64,000 bases of DNA from Convolutriloba macropyga (taxonomy: Eukaryota). Location: assembly GCF_964194025.1 (NCBI RefSeq), contig NC_134480.1, positions 7,688,001 to 7,752,000 on the forward strand, read 5' to 3'. Under the pieces are notes generated by a model. That model was not told the origin of the DNA. It searched no databases and saw only the letters and a program-made list of their open reading frames with translations. The position numbers and the translations under genes are program-made. How positions within the stretch are numbered: position 1 is the stretch's first letter; each line of letters opens with the position of its first letter. Shown one piece after another: positions 13,501-26,409 of the stretch.

Positions 13501-15516
13501 CTTCGTTTGAGAGCAGTTAAAAAATTAAGATTAAAAACAATTCAAAACGCGAGGGAAGAAAATTACAAGAAAGTCACAACAATGTCTTCCATTTGTAGCT
13601 GCTGATTCCGCTTACCTAAGAATCTAATGCTCTATGCTAGCCAAATTCTGTCAAATTATCTTTGTATATATGATTGTGTGGCGTGGAACGCTACGTTATA
13701 AGAAGAAATTTAACTAATTCTTTTAATAAAGCGCAGGCAATGAATCTCAAGAGATACATCAATTAAGCTTTTTTTGTGTTCACTGGTTTTTGGTCACTAC
13801 AAACTGAGATGAATCAGAGCGTTTTTAGTCTAAATTCAGCATCTCGTGAGCGGCATTTATATCAAAAATCGACATTTATTTGGACCCCAATTTGGCTGCT
13901 GATACATAAATAAAAATTAAGCTGTGCAAGGACACTAAATTCGAGGATTTTCAAGTAGTAGTAGTAGTAGAAGACTTAATTCCTTTTAAATAAGGATTAA
14001 GAAAAACATATATGTATGACTTATGCACGACAAAATGTACAATAACACTTGAAAAAATGTGAACACGAATATTTCATATCATAAAAATTAGATGTTCTGG
14101 ATTTCAGGTAATTGATGAGGGAATTTTTCAGAGTTTTCAATGGCATTTCAAATGAAACGATTTTCAACCAAACGGGTTCACGTTATGTTCAATTTTTCAC
14201 ACCTCTTTCCACATATATTTTTTAAAAATTCGCGGCTACAGTGTGGTAGAGGAATTGGGCGAAAAACTGAGAAAGACTATGCAAAAATTGATGTGTATCT
14301 TAAGTCAAGCTTCTTGAATACTTGGAAGCCGAAATATAATTTAAAACTAGCTGAGGCTCAATTTTGCATTACCCAAGTGGAAAGAAGACTTCAACACAGA
14401 AACTGCCCCTACAAACGAATTGCGTGATTATTTGAGCATGGAAATGCATCTCCACAGACAAAAGAAGTAGGATTTTTCCCATCAGTTAACTCAGTTTTTC
14501 ATCATTTTATCTACATATACCCCATGAAAGAGCACAGTTGGGGTCTAAATAAGCTTGAATATATTTCTGAGAATCATTCGCAATTCGATCTCAACCACAG
14601 GCAAAAACGCCCTCGACTCTGAGCCCTAATTACCTTACTAACTCTAGAAAAGTAATAAACCCTAAAAAGTAGAAACAAATCCTTAACATACCAGAAACTC
14701 CAATGAAAAGTTGATGCACTCCATCCAAGTTTACCGTGAAAAGAAAGCTGTTGCAAAATCAGAATTCAATCACATCTTTACAGCAGCTTTCTTAACCGTC
14801 AAACTTAGCTGAAGTTTATCAAGTTTAAAATGGGGTTTAACATTACTTACCACAATTTTCAGGTAGGTAAGAACAGTAGTGTAGGAAATAAATGGTGTAA
14901 AAAACTAACATAAATTGAGTTTTTACTTCACAAACTAACAGAGCACTAACTTACTTGCTAATAATGGTGAAATTACAGTTGCTGATAGTGAAATTATCAA
15001 AAATTAAAAATTTCCTCGCAAATCTACAGCTCGCTAACTTACTTCTGATAAATTTACTTATTAGATAAAAACATATCTTGAAGGAAGCAAAAATTACGAG
15101 AAGCATTGGTTACTTGTTTCATGGCTCAGCAATTGCAGTTTTATTGTTTATAGATGTACGAAATATAACATTTATTGTACCTCCACAATGCAACGAGTTT
15201 CAGAGATACACTTCGAATTACATTTGATACACAAAAACTTCGATCACAAAAATTTAGTAAGTTAAGGTGCCCCCGCAACTACGCGCGTAGATCGGAAAAT
15301 GATCGGTGTGACTATACAATACTCAAACAAGAGTTGACATTGTTTAAACAATTAAACGTTGTTCAACTTCGCATATGTTCAAAGTTTTATCGGCACAAAT
15401 GATTCTTGTTTTCAGGATCCAAACGACCTTCACAACAATATAGTATTTGGTTGATGAATATATTTGTTCCAATAATCTGATATTGTGTCACTGATTCTAT
15501 ATATAACTGTAATTGA

Positions 15517-15881
15517 TTAATATTTGTCAATTAGTTTCTGTTCATCAAAAATGCTCAAACCATCACAAGTACAAAACATCTTTGGGTTTTCATATACTCC
15601 GGCACTACGCGCGACAATTCCAACAGCTGCAACCTCTTTTACGCCATACTTGGTTCTCGTAATCACGCAAGACCTTCCTATAAGTCTACTCATATCCATA
15701 TTTAGATTGCTTAGGTAGAAAGCCGTTGGGGAGGTAAAATGCCCCAACAATCCGTCACAAACTCCCTCCAATGCAAATACAGGTCCACAAGAATAAGGTG
15801 GACTCGACAAATCTCCAAATTCGTGGATTGAAACGGAATAGCGATTTTCATTGGATTCATCCGGTAAACCAGCGAAGGAAC
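15517..15881 (-). CDS. CCS: Copper chaperone for superoxide dismutase, coding exon 2 (SOD-like domain II and CXC domain III)
   Basis: Acceptor ggtttag|GT at 15882/15881. Reads GSFAGLPDE..SIHEFGDLS..SCGPVF..LIGRSCVI..AAVGIVARSAGVYENPKMFCTCDG. ARSAG..N.K..CXCDG is the CCS signature. Confidence 0.92.
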
Positions 15882-16142
15882 CTAAACCAATGTCTATGCT
15901 AAGTTTACAATCATTCACAAACCGGATCTTTCTCATTGTAGCCCCCCTCCAGCTTAGTGGTCAGATAACCTATAGCCCCCCCCCCCTCAAAAAAAATCAT
16001 GGTAATTATACCATAATGGGGCTATAATTTCATGAGGGTTAATAATGGGAACGACCCCCACAAACAAGTTAGATTATTTAAAGCACTGTAGAAGATTTCC
16101 AAGCAAGACAAATTCGGTTTAACAAAATCGAATGCTACATAC

Positions 16143-16515
16143 CTTCCAAAACGTAAAACAGTCTTGACAGAGGAATAAAACGAACAACTCCAACAACACC
16201 ATTTTTCAAAACGTCGTGAAATTCCGTCACTGCAGCCGGATGACTTGGATTTCCAGCACTCTTCAGGCGCACCTCTAAACCAGAGCGGCGCAATATTTCT
16301 AACATTTTAAAACCAGGCAAGCTTGTTTCGCAATAAAATGTTTGAGTTGGTATATTCACGTTCCAATTCTTAATGAAATTCATATAATTTTTATTCTCAA
16401 ACTCTGGGGCATCTTCAATAGCCTTTGTGATTTTACATACACACTTCTCGCAGGTAACTTGGACAGCAAACTCAAAAGGAATAAGTTGTATATTTGTCAA
16501 TTCTTTATTAGTCAT
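16143..16515 (-). CDS. CCS: Copper chaperone for superoxide dismutase, coding exon 1 (Atx1-like domain I and start of domain II)
   Basis: EFAVQVTCEKCV (Atx1/HMA-type xTCxxC) ..AAV..GVVGVVRF..LE G|gtatgt donor at 16142. Phase-1 intron 15882-16142. Joined product is 245 aa. Confidence 0.9.
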
Positions 16516-16869
16516 TTTACCTCAAAATCAGAAAAACTATCCCCAATTGTCTGAAAATAAGGCTGTTAAACAAATTACACCATTGAGCAGTGAGCGTAAT
16601 GAATCACAATACAGATAGTATAGTATGCAGTATAGTTTGAAGGCTTTTTTAGATACTGATAGGCTTGTCAATAGGAGTTTGACTCCAGTCAAGAATAGGG
16701 CCCATCATATCACTCGTGCACACGAGCAATGAATTCGACAAGTAAGGCGGCTACTTAAGAAATCTTATTAAACAATAATTCATAAGGGATATGATACGGG
16801 AAGATAACCTAAATAGTTGCTCAGTAAACATGAAAGTTTCGAAATGAACTAAGAGTGTTAGAGTCAAAA

Positions 16870-18488
16870 ATTTCATGCACAGTGAACTTGTCGGTGAAAC
16901 GATTCTCACTCTTTTTTCTCAACGCAAACAAGCTGTAACTCTGGTTCATAACATTAAAGATAAATCTAGCCATTTTTCCCCGTTTGCATCATTAAATGAA
17001 TACGTTAGTGGATTAAAGGTTGGTAATTTTTCGACTTCAAAAAGTTCGTCGGTGAACGATGGTTTATATCTTTTCCTGAAGGCTTTGTTTTTTTTGACAA
17101 TTGTAACAAAATCTCCAACGTAAAATTTGGGTCTCTGAGACTTGTTAGTTTGAGCACTCAAAGATAAAAGTCGTGGAACATCCATTTTAGTGATTTTATT
17201 TGGAGCAAGTTTGTTTACTCGGTTAACCCGCGAAAATTTTGTTTTTACAAATTGATCCAGTTTATCTATGTAAGAGTATGCAGAGAAGTAATTGTCAATT
17301 AAAACTTAAATTGATTAACTAAAACGAACGTTTTCGAACATTGCGTTCATCGTCAGGTTTAAAAATTAAATGAAATCATTTACAAAGTATATAAACTTGT
17401 CTTGACTATAATTCTAAGAAATGAGTTAAAATAACATCGAATTTTTAAAATTATTTACAGTTAAAATCACATTTACAACATTTTATTTACACTTATTACA
17501 CTAAAATCAATTCATTTAATATTCTGGATTTTATGAAAATTCCGGGTATAATGCTTTAAAGGGATTTTTACATTCATTCCTCTCTGTTTTTACTTTTTAC
17601 TTTTTGGGACTGACAAAATTTCGAATTAACATGTACCAGAAATTTTTTTGAATTTCAAAAGTCAAATTTTTGTATTTGAACTAGTACTTCAATGTCAATT
17701 CCCTATGTTGGCCAAACCAGCCGACATGTTACTACTAGAAATTCAGAGCATCAAAAGAAGGACAACACCTTGTTGAATGTGGTGCAACGCATAACGTAAA
17801 ATGGGATATTCTTGATGCATGTCCTGGGGTTGAAAAACTAATGACGATAGAAGCCATCTACATCAAAAAGCTGAAATCGCAATTAAATACGCGCGATAAA
17901 TATCGGGTGAGGGAATTGACATTGAAGTACTAGTTCAAATACAACAATTTGACTTTTGAAATTCAAAAAATATGTAAGAGTATGTCCTTTCCTTCAAAAT
18001 ACTTGTTGATAATGATTTTCGAATGTTCCACTCTGCCATTGCCGACTTGTTTTCGCTAAAAGTGCTGTATAAATGAATTTCTCCTTTGTTGCATAAGGTT
18101 TTGAAGGCTCCAAGAAACTCTGCACCATCATCAACCCTATGTTTTGCTTATGTTTTATCATTTTCTTAAAGGCCAAGGCAGCTTCCGTTGCAAACTTTGT
18201 TATAAAGGGCTCCACACAAAGGTATCTGGAAAGACAGTTGACCGCAAACAATAAAAAATTAGCATTCTTGTTGTATTTTGCTAGTTTGTCCACATAGGCC
18301 AAGTTAACGGACCATATTTCATTTATGTCTTATACTATTACTTTAAGTTTAGGAAATCGTAAAGGAATTGATCAATATTTTTTGTAAAAGGTGGCTTGGT
18401 TTCCAAATATGACTTAACGTTACCAAATGACAATTGGCCTTGGGTTTGTAACCGCACTGGGTCCCTTCAGATACAGTTGGTCTAACAT
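16870..18488 (-). pseudogene. Polinton-type DDE (rve) integrase, frameshifted and interrupted by a Penelope insertion
   Basis: Fragments: INEIWSVNLAYVDKLAKYNKNANFLLFAVNCLSRYL..; TYSYIDKLDQFVKT..RVNRVNKLAPNKITK..; PKFYVGDFVTIVKKNKAFRKRYKPSFTDELFEV..NPLTYS. These are typical Maverick integrase motifs. Confidence 0.85.
17281..17970 (+). mobile_element. 5'-truncated Penelope-like retroelement (GIY-YIG 3' end with inverted pseudo-LTR), 14-bp TSD
   Basis: 17703-17933 encodes YVGQTSRHVTTRNSEH..(frameshift)..HLVECG..WDILD..KLMTIEAIYIKKLKSQLNTRD..stop. ~60-bp inverted repeat 17643-17703/17910-17970. TSD TATGTAAGAGTATG at 17267-17280 and 17971-17984. Confidence 0.88.
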
Positions 18489-19399
18489 TTTTTCTCAGAA
18501 GAAGTAAGACCATTTTTGCAGTTTGGACTCGTCTTCTGCCGACTTTTTACTTGTGCCTGTTTTGTTTAGTTAGTAACTTGATAACCGCTTCCTGATTGTC
18601 CTCGTGGGCTTGCAAAACTGTGTTCTTTGCTTTCAGTTTCTTCCAAGAATTGTTTGGCATAGGTATTCAAAATTAAATCAGGTGGAATTTCAAGAGCTAT
18701 CAACAACTTAGAATACATTTGAATATCAATTTTCATTGTTGACTCGTGTATTATTTAACAAATTTGGCACTTTTAAGCCAAGTGGTTGATTATCAATATG
18801 TATGATACCTCCTGAATCATCAATGGATACCGTCGGGATTCTAATATCTTGTTGACAAGGATCTCTGGTCTTCAGATTTAGTTTTTCTCCATTACTCCCA
18901 AATCTCTCATTATAAATTTTTGACTGAAAATTTGTAGTTGTACATTTTGACAAAAGGTTCAAATTCACTGTCATTACTCATGGACTCCCTTTTTTCCCCA
19001 TGATCTGTTTCAACATTTACGCTGGGTTCTGTCTAGACTGCTCCATCCTCTTCTTGACTTTTTCCGGTTTTTGTGACATGTTGGTTTGAATTAGAGACAA
19101 TTGCGTGGCTTTTTGTTTGTAGACAGGTTTATCAAAAATCTCACTTCTTGCCGGTTTTGTTGACATGAGCATTCTTTTCTGAATTGAAACAAAGTTTTTC
19201 GGTATACATAATCACTTCCTAAAATGAATTTAACACGAGAGACCCTGTTTTTTCATGAAAACTGCTTTTTATTTTTTAAACTTATTTGTTAAGATAAAAT
19301 TTTTTTATATGAGTTTTCATGACCTTGCATTGATTAATTTTTGGAAGAATTGTGACCATTGACAACATTGAACAAATACTCACAAATGAAGTCTATAAA

Positions 19400-20131
19400 A
19401 CATTTTGGTGCGGAATTGATTAGTTCTTTTGATTTTATGTTGATATCTCCAACATTCACTTCAGCATACAAAACTCATTCTCACTCATTACTCAAGTTAG
19501 TTACAGGAGCTTTAGTTGTTGAGAGGTTAAACAAGGATGGTTTTTTTGTGGGACAACATTGGTGCAGCAACGTAAAATGTGCGATGTTTTTGGATCCATA
19601 TCGATCAGTAAATGAAAAAATGATTGTTTGGTTGCTAGCTTGTAGCTATTTTTCGAAAATTAGGTATTATTCAGCTGTCGACCTTTTAAACCAATCTGTT
19701 GAAAATAACGGGGTGATTGAAATAAAATTATGTGTGTTGAATTAAGATCCAAATTTCGTGACCACTTACATTGTTGAAATAAATTGTGTCTTGCGTATAT
19801 TCCACCAATGTTTTTGTGACGTCCTGCTGTAGCAAACTTCGAAAACTCTTTGTCATTGTAAATTTTTTCGCTTGAATTGTCAAACACTAACCGACACTTT
19901 TCGAGCTCCGATATAAAATCGAAGCTTAAAAATTTGGTAATATATGTTTGTTTTTGCCTCTAGCGACCTAAATTTGGGTTGTTCATGTCGGTAGAAACAA
20001 AAAACCGAGAGGAACTTTGGAGAAAAAGTGTTTTGAAGCAACGTTCTGAAAATAAGCTCTGTTTTTCCCCAACTTGACGGACCGCAAACAACCATAAACG
20101 AAAAGTCAGTTATTAAAATTATTTTGTTCAT
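19400..20131 (-). pseudogene. A32/FtsK-like DNA packaging ATPase of Polinton/adintovirus type (frameshifted)
   Basis: Walker A-like MVVCGPSSWGKTELI, Walker B-like LVFDN, then FATAGRHKNI..HNLFQQCKWSRNLDLNSTHIILFQSPR. Confidence 0.88.
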
Positions 20132-22326
20132 AATATTGGGTAGGGAAGAGCGTATCAAACGGTACAAGAAAGAAGAGAAATCGAAAATGTAGACTCTTCC
20201 ATATCAAGCTGAAAAAACACCAGCTTTGCCAGAAAACCGATTATCTAAAAAAATGTGATGAAAACTCGTGTGAAATAAATAACTTCTGATCGTGGTGTCC
20301 TTGAATTACAAAACTTCCATGATCGTCATTCAAGGTAAATTATCATCAAACACTAAGTCGGTTATCGCCCCGCCGGTATCTAACTGATCCACTGCTTTGC
20401 TCATTTCAATTAAAATCTTTGAAAAAAAATTAAATTCGTCTATTTCATTATATAAATTTCATAAGATACAGCGTGTGAGTTTTGATTATCACTCATTCTT
20501 CTATCTACACCATTCTTTTATTAAAAGTAATGGTGTAGTTTTCATTTACTCTGTCAGTTTTGTCTCTGAATACAATTCATTGTACGTTGTTCTCTTCATT
20601 TTGTTATCTTATTTTAGCCGGAGGGTTCTGAACTGTCAGTGACATCAGAACTGGTACCGCACGCTTGGGCACAGGTAAAGGGGTTATTTTCAGCTTTCGT
20701 TTTTTCTATTCCAAATACATGGTACAATAGAAAGTACTCCAAAAGGGAATGGATTTTATTGAAAGCTTCTATTTCCGCTCCAGTACAGACCAGTTGCTGT
20801 TTCTTCAGTATCATTTGACAGCGACTGTCAATTTTTCTTTATTTGACAAATATAACTGTCAATTGATCTCCATCCGCTATACAACTGGAAACCACTAATT
20901 TTGGGGACAATTTCACTTGAAGTAGAGACTGTGCTGCTTTCTCGGACCGTCGATTCATTCGTTAGCCAAATGTAAAAATGCGTAGCCTTTTTGTTGCACA
21001 GTGTTTGTTTCTTTGTTGCTTAGGGCAGCTTAAAACATGTGAAGCACAATTTGGTGTCTCGTGAAAAAATTTCAAATTTTTTATTTTTAACATAATAAAA
21101 TTTCTAGTTTGATAATGTTTGATGCAAATAACAATATGGGTAAACTTCCCTCTCCCAATTCAAACCATGAAGATATTTTGACACCCAGTTTGATCGCGTC
21201 TCGCTTGATGAGAGTATGCTGAATTAAGTTGGGGGTATAATTGACACAGTATCGCATTAATTTACTTTCAAAGAAACAGCTAGTTGTTTGATAATTAAAA
21301 CAGACTTTATATATATCGAAAGCCTTCAAAATCAAGAATAACTGGTCGTGATTTCAACATTCTACCAAACTGAATAAACTGCTATTGGAAAATTTCCACA
21401 TAAAGACAGAAGAGAAGTCCTGTCACGTGACCAATGTACTTGTTCGTTACTGGACAGGGTAGGATATACGAATAGCTCACCCCTTTTTCGCTATAATCGA
21501 AGACAAAACCTGAAGTATAGTATAGCATGCAGCTCAAAATTTTAACTTGAAATACTTGTCCAGGGATGAATTGTTAATATCAATCAGTCCACCACAGGGT
21601 CTCAATCTCATCGCATTATCCAAATCAACATCAGGATCCAAGTACTGACATGTTGCCATGAAATGAAGAATCCTTTCACCGTATTGAAGATAATCCTTTT
21701 TCCATTCCTTGTAAGATTCATGATTAGTTTTCCAATCAACCGTCGCTAGTGCTTTCATGGCGCAAAAATGAGTTTTAAAACGGTAGTAGCCGAGTCCTCT
21801 TCATCCCTTTTCGTCCAGGATAACCCCCTATTATCCCATGTTTAAATATCGTAGGATAACCCCCTCTCTTGAGACAATATTTACCTACTAATTACATGAT
21901 AGTATTCATGAGACAGTTAATATTGTGCAAGAGCATTGGTAAGATACGTTTTGTAAAACTTTTACAGGAGTCTTCTAATACAGACATTTTTCTGCAAGAT
22001 GTCAAAGACAGCCTTCTTTTTAACGAGATACTTGAAAGTAGGTGGTTGTGGGCAAAAGCTTACAAGAGAACAGTTGTTGTTGCATTGGGTTGGCGGCAAC
22101 CTTTTTTTTTCATCAGATTATTCATTTTTTCTTTAGTTTTTGAGCTTCTTTTTTGTGGATAATTAGAAATACAGTATACGTGACATCGGACAAACTTCTC
22201 ATTCAAATAAGATACCCTGCAGCAACCCTGTGATTTCTCAAAAAAAAGAACATATAAGCACTTTTTCGGAAATCGATTATATTACAGGAATCTGGACACA
22301 ATATCGACCACAAATTTCATTTTTTT

Positions 22327-24918
22327 TTCCAACCCCACTTGCTGTGGGAGGAACTATATACTAAAATGAGTTGTTCAGAAAATTTTGGCCGATCAATTTA
22401 TTCATCGTAGAGAAATGTGAATGGTATCATTAAAAAACTCGTTCAGCTTAGAATTCAAAATTAAAAATATAATTTTTGAATTTTCATTTTTCGTGGAGTT
22501 ATCGAGGCTTAAAGTTTCCTTTGATCACGGGATATTTGGTTCACTTTTGCTCACTTTAGCGTAATTTTTGTTCGAATTAACATTTCCTGTATATAAATTT
22601 TAATTCGAAGTTACATTTCACGCTACCAAATTAATTATTTGGTGTTCCTAATAGAGCAAAAGCGATTAAAAAGACTGGTTCTGGACTCATTGGAAATTTT
22701 ATTATCAAAAAAATCGAATTCTATTTGAGAGCTGTTTTTTTATGAAAACATTTCATATTTTTTTGTCCTTAAGTCATTAAGAGAAAGGCCAACTTTCATA
22801 TCGAGGTTGCAAAAAAGACAAAACTCATATACAGTCCAATGATGCCCAAAGAAGAGAAAATTAGCTTTCAAAGGATCACTCATATTTTTTTAAATCATAT
22901 TTTTTAAATAAAATTTTGATTTTCTTTTTGAGAATTTACTGAAATTTTGAAATCCTTTGCCAAAAATATAATGACTGAAAATCCAATAGACTTTCTAATG
23001 AGCATTTGGTGAATCTATCTAGTGCCTTGAGCGGACAGCTAATGGCTGTCAAGACTTTAAACATAATTTTTTCAATAAACTTTATTTGAACTTTAGCAAA
23101 TCTTAAACTGATTTTTGCCAATTCTAAGTCAATCTCAGTGAGAACTTACACCCGCGTTTTCTTCTGCAAACAAAACTAATTTGGTTAGCTGTTTTATCTT
23201 CAATTTTTGACTTCGATAGGACGAACTTTAATATTTTTTTTTTAAGTTTTTGTATGTTTTTATAAAATAATTTTTATCACTTTCAAGTTTATCCTAATTT
23301 TATTAGATCCCATTGGCCCAGAGAAAACTTTAAAAGAACTATGGATAAAATTTTGCGAGAAAAACTTTTGGATTAAAGGGCTTCGACACTTTCTTCTTGC
23401 ACTTTTGTAATGAACTTTGTTTTTTTCCCTGTATTTGTTTCTGTTTTCACAGCCATAAGACTTATTCTGATATCAGTTTGATGAGTGGTCAGCAAAAAAC
23501 AGCTTCGTTTCCTATCAAGGCAAAACGTAACGTTTTTATTGACTTCTGATGAAAGCTACTGAATAAAGTGTCGTTGATACTACGGGTTTTCTCAGATGTT
23601 TTGTAGTTTTAAAGTATTTGTCCATGTTTGTTGATTCTTTGAAGTCTTATAGCCAAAGGAAAACCAATCTTAGTGTTGCTAAAAGTTTAAGGAAAATGGA
23701 AATGTTAATTCTGAAAATTTCAGTTTTATTGGCTGTGACAGTTTTGTTTTATCTATTTTTAGAATTTGCTGTTTTTGCTGTTTTTTTATTCTTTATATAG
23801 TCGCTAAATGCTGAGAGGTCTCATGAGCTTCTAATTGAGGATTGTATAAAAAATATTACTAATATTACTCTAGTCATTTCATAGCGAATACTGATGAGGT
23901 TTATTGTATAATTCTTTCGAAATTGTTTCGTTTTTCGTTATTTGTTTAGTTTTTTGTATAGTTTTTTTTGTTCTTTTCGTCAACTTGTAATTTATTCTCA
24001 TCATTGAGAGGAGAGGTCCCATTCAAATCCTTGTAATTCAAAAATAAACTTTCTATTGATATTTTGACGTACCTGATGTTTTGTTTGTTGGACAATATGA
24101 TTTTTCATATACGTTTTGTGATTGGTCAATATTTGTGTTCTTTTTCTCTTCTTTTACCACATTCAAGTAATAACAGAGCTCAACTATTTTCATATGAGGC
24201 TCAAGTAAACTCATTCAGTTGTTCAGTATAATTTCAGCTCAATTAGTTTAGATAAAAATGAAATAAAAAAATATTTATGTGATAGGTAATGATTGCAATG
24301 TCTTCGATATTTTGCGTTTTCGAAGATTGTTTGTAATTTTTTGAGCTTTTCTGCATCTTTAAACCATTTCTATGGCTTTGTCTAACCAGGTTCTATCAAT
24401 TTCGTGATGACTTTTTAGTAAATTTATTCAGAAATAATCTGTGAAGAGCTAAATTTTTTAAGACGTTGGAAATTGTTTGACCATCTATTTGGTTTAAAAG
24501 AAGTTGATAGATTTATGAACTTCTTCTCAAATTTTTTCTTTTCATTTACCTAGTCTCATTAAGAAGAAGTCCCATCTGCTGTATAGTTAAGATAAAATAA
24601 AATTGGTGCAGTTGAGATTTTATCTGATTGCATTTTGACGTTGTTTACTAGGTGCTTTGACATTTTGATATTGAGTACTCGCCGTTTTGCTTTTTTGTTT
24701 GTTTTTTTCTCGTAGTTTTTTTTTCACAGATCTCGTAAGCGCTGTAATGAGGCATGGTTTTATGCATTTCAATTAGTGGTCGGGGTTTAAAACGATTTTT
24801 TAAAACTCAAATATCTATTTCTGTTTATCTCTTCATTTGGTTGACAATCAAGACAAAAATGTAGATCAGCTCGGGTCGGAACTTCATGTGCGAACGCACA
24901 TTAACGAGCCTCCTTTTT
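22327..24918 (+). mobile_element. HINE/DINE-1-like element, copy 2
   Basis: 5' TTCCAACCCCACT..GGAACTATATA..GAGTTATCGAGGCTTAAAGTTTC matches copy 1. 3' GCTCGGGTCGGAAC, perfect hairpin ATGTGCG-AA-CGCACAT (24886-24901), then a T-run. Confidence 0.65.
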
Positions 24919-25929
24919 AAAATGGCGTCAAATTGGACCCACAAGAGAGACGAATTGATGCAAACGTAAAACTGTTTAAATAAAAAATGTTCTTTATTTT
25001 TTTCATCTCATGGAGGACTTCTATAAGTTCAAAGATCTCTACCTCCAATTTTTTTGTTTACATATAGTGAAAACTTGTGCTTTTTATTTTCTGCGTCATT
25101 CTTTTGGGCAAATGAATGGATCGTTTTTCTGAATGAATGCAAATATTTTTTTCATAAAAAATTTTAATCTTTCATGAAAATGAAAGTTTTTCAGAGAAAA
25201 TTATCCAAAGAAAATTATCCAGAAAGTTTCCAAAGTGCATACTTCGAAGTTTAAATATCCCCATATCAGAAGTTATTTAAAGACTGAATTTCAAAGAAAA
25301 TTTTCTTGTCATCAAGCTGTTGTAATTCTTTGCTCCTAACTCAAGTTCCCGAAAAACGAAGACATTATCAATATTTAATCTAGACAGCTGCCTCGGCTGA
25401 TGCTATCAAAATTTCACTTTGATGCAAATCCAAATAGGAAAAACCATTCATTCAACCAGACGCAAAAACAATTTTTCATTCTAAAAAATGCTTCCGTGGT
25501 ATAAGTAGGGTCATTAAAAAGTTTTTTGCTGACAGGATGTTCACTTGAGAAATTTCATAGATTTGCTGAATAAAATTTTATTATTAAGGTTTTTCTTATC
25601 AATTCAACCAATCTGCACAACTTTGAAGTTCCTGTCGTCAAATATTTAAAGACCATTCACTCCGAATGCTTGCCAGAATTTTTGTCTTTTTGTGTGAAGG
25701 GAAATTAAGCTGATCCTCTATAATTTCAGTCATATTATTTTCTGTAATATATTTATCCATAACAATAGAATCACCGCTGTCATAGAAGTTTAATTAATGA
25801 GAAGTTCCCATCATGATTATATTCAGTTTGAAAAATAAACAAAAGTTTGTTGTTCACTAATCAGTTTAATTAAAATAAACTTTTTTTAAAAAAATGCTTA
25901 AGAATTGTATCAAAAAGATTTCCCGTGCA

Positions 25930-26263
25930 ATGATGAAAATATCTAATTTCCGTCAATTTACCTTAACCAGTGTTATTATAACAAACTTTGCGGTTTTATT
26001 ATCCGGTGCATCCTTTATTTTGCAAACAAAACGTGACTTGTTTTCGATTAATGAAAATATCCTAGAGCCTAATTACGTTTTATGGTCTAAAAACGCAAAA
26101 ATTTGTTTCAAAGAATGCTCAAAAAACCTACCAAACGCGACAATGTTAGTGTCTGCCTTTTCCGAAGACTCCCAAAAGTGTAATTGTTACAGTAGTAAGA
26201 GAGAAAAGCTGATTGATTTCTCGAAAGCAGAGAAAAACACAAGACGTTCATGGATCTATTCAA
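25930..26263 (+). CDS. First coding exon of a secreted mosaic protein: signal peptide and PAN/apple-like Cys domain
   Basis: Hydrophobic N-terminus (FTLTSVIITNFAVLLSGAS), Cys pattern ICFKECS..SAFSEDSQKCNCY, strong donor A|GTGAGT at 26264 (phase 1). Alternative ATG at 25894. Confidence 0.6.
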
Positions 26264-26409
26264 GTGAGTTTCTCTAACTGTGCATTTAATAAATCTCTTT
26301 GTTTAGTCTTCTCGTTTGATGGTGGTCATTCAAGCCGATAGGCAAGCACGCCGAATTTTGAAAATGAGGTCCAGTAATCCATAAAATTTTGAAATACCCG
26401 TATTTTAAG

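Larger units (their letters stand above)
16870..21869 (-). mobile_element. Decayed Polinton/Maverick (adintovirus-like) element fragment
   Basis: Co-oriented, intronless, frameshifted ORFs: retroviral-type integrase (16.9-18.5 kb), an unknown ORF (18.5-19.2 kb), A32-like packaging ATPase (19.4-20.1 kb) and further short ORFs to 21.76 kb. The right end reads AGAGAGGGGGTTATCC on minus, resembling an AG-repeat Polinton terminus. Confidence 0.8.

Noticed and set aside
15882-15936. MRKIRFVNDCKLSIDIGL as start of a separate SOD-like gene
   Set aside because: Intronic; homology and splice sites join 15881 to the upstream CCS exon.
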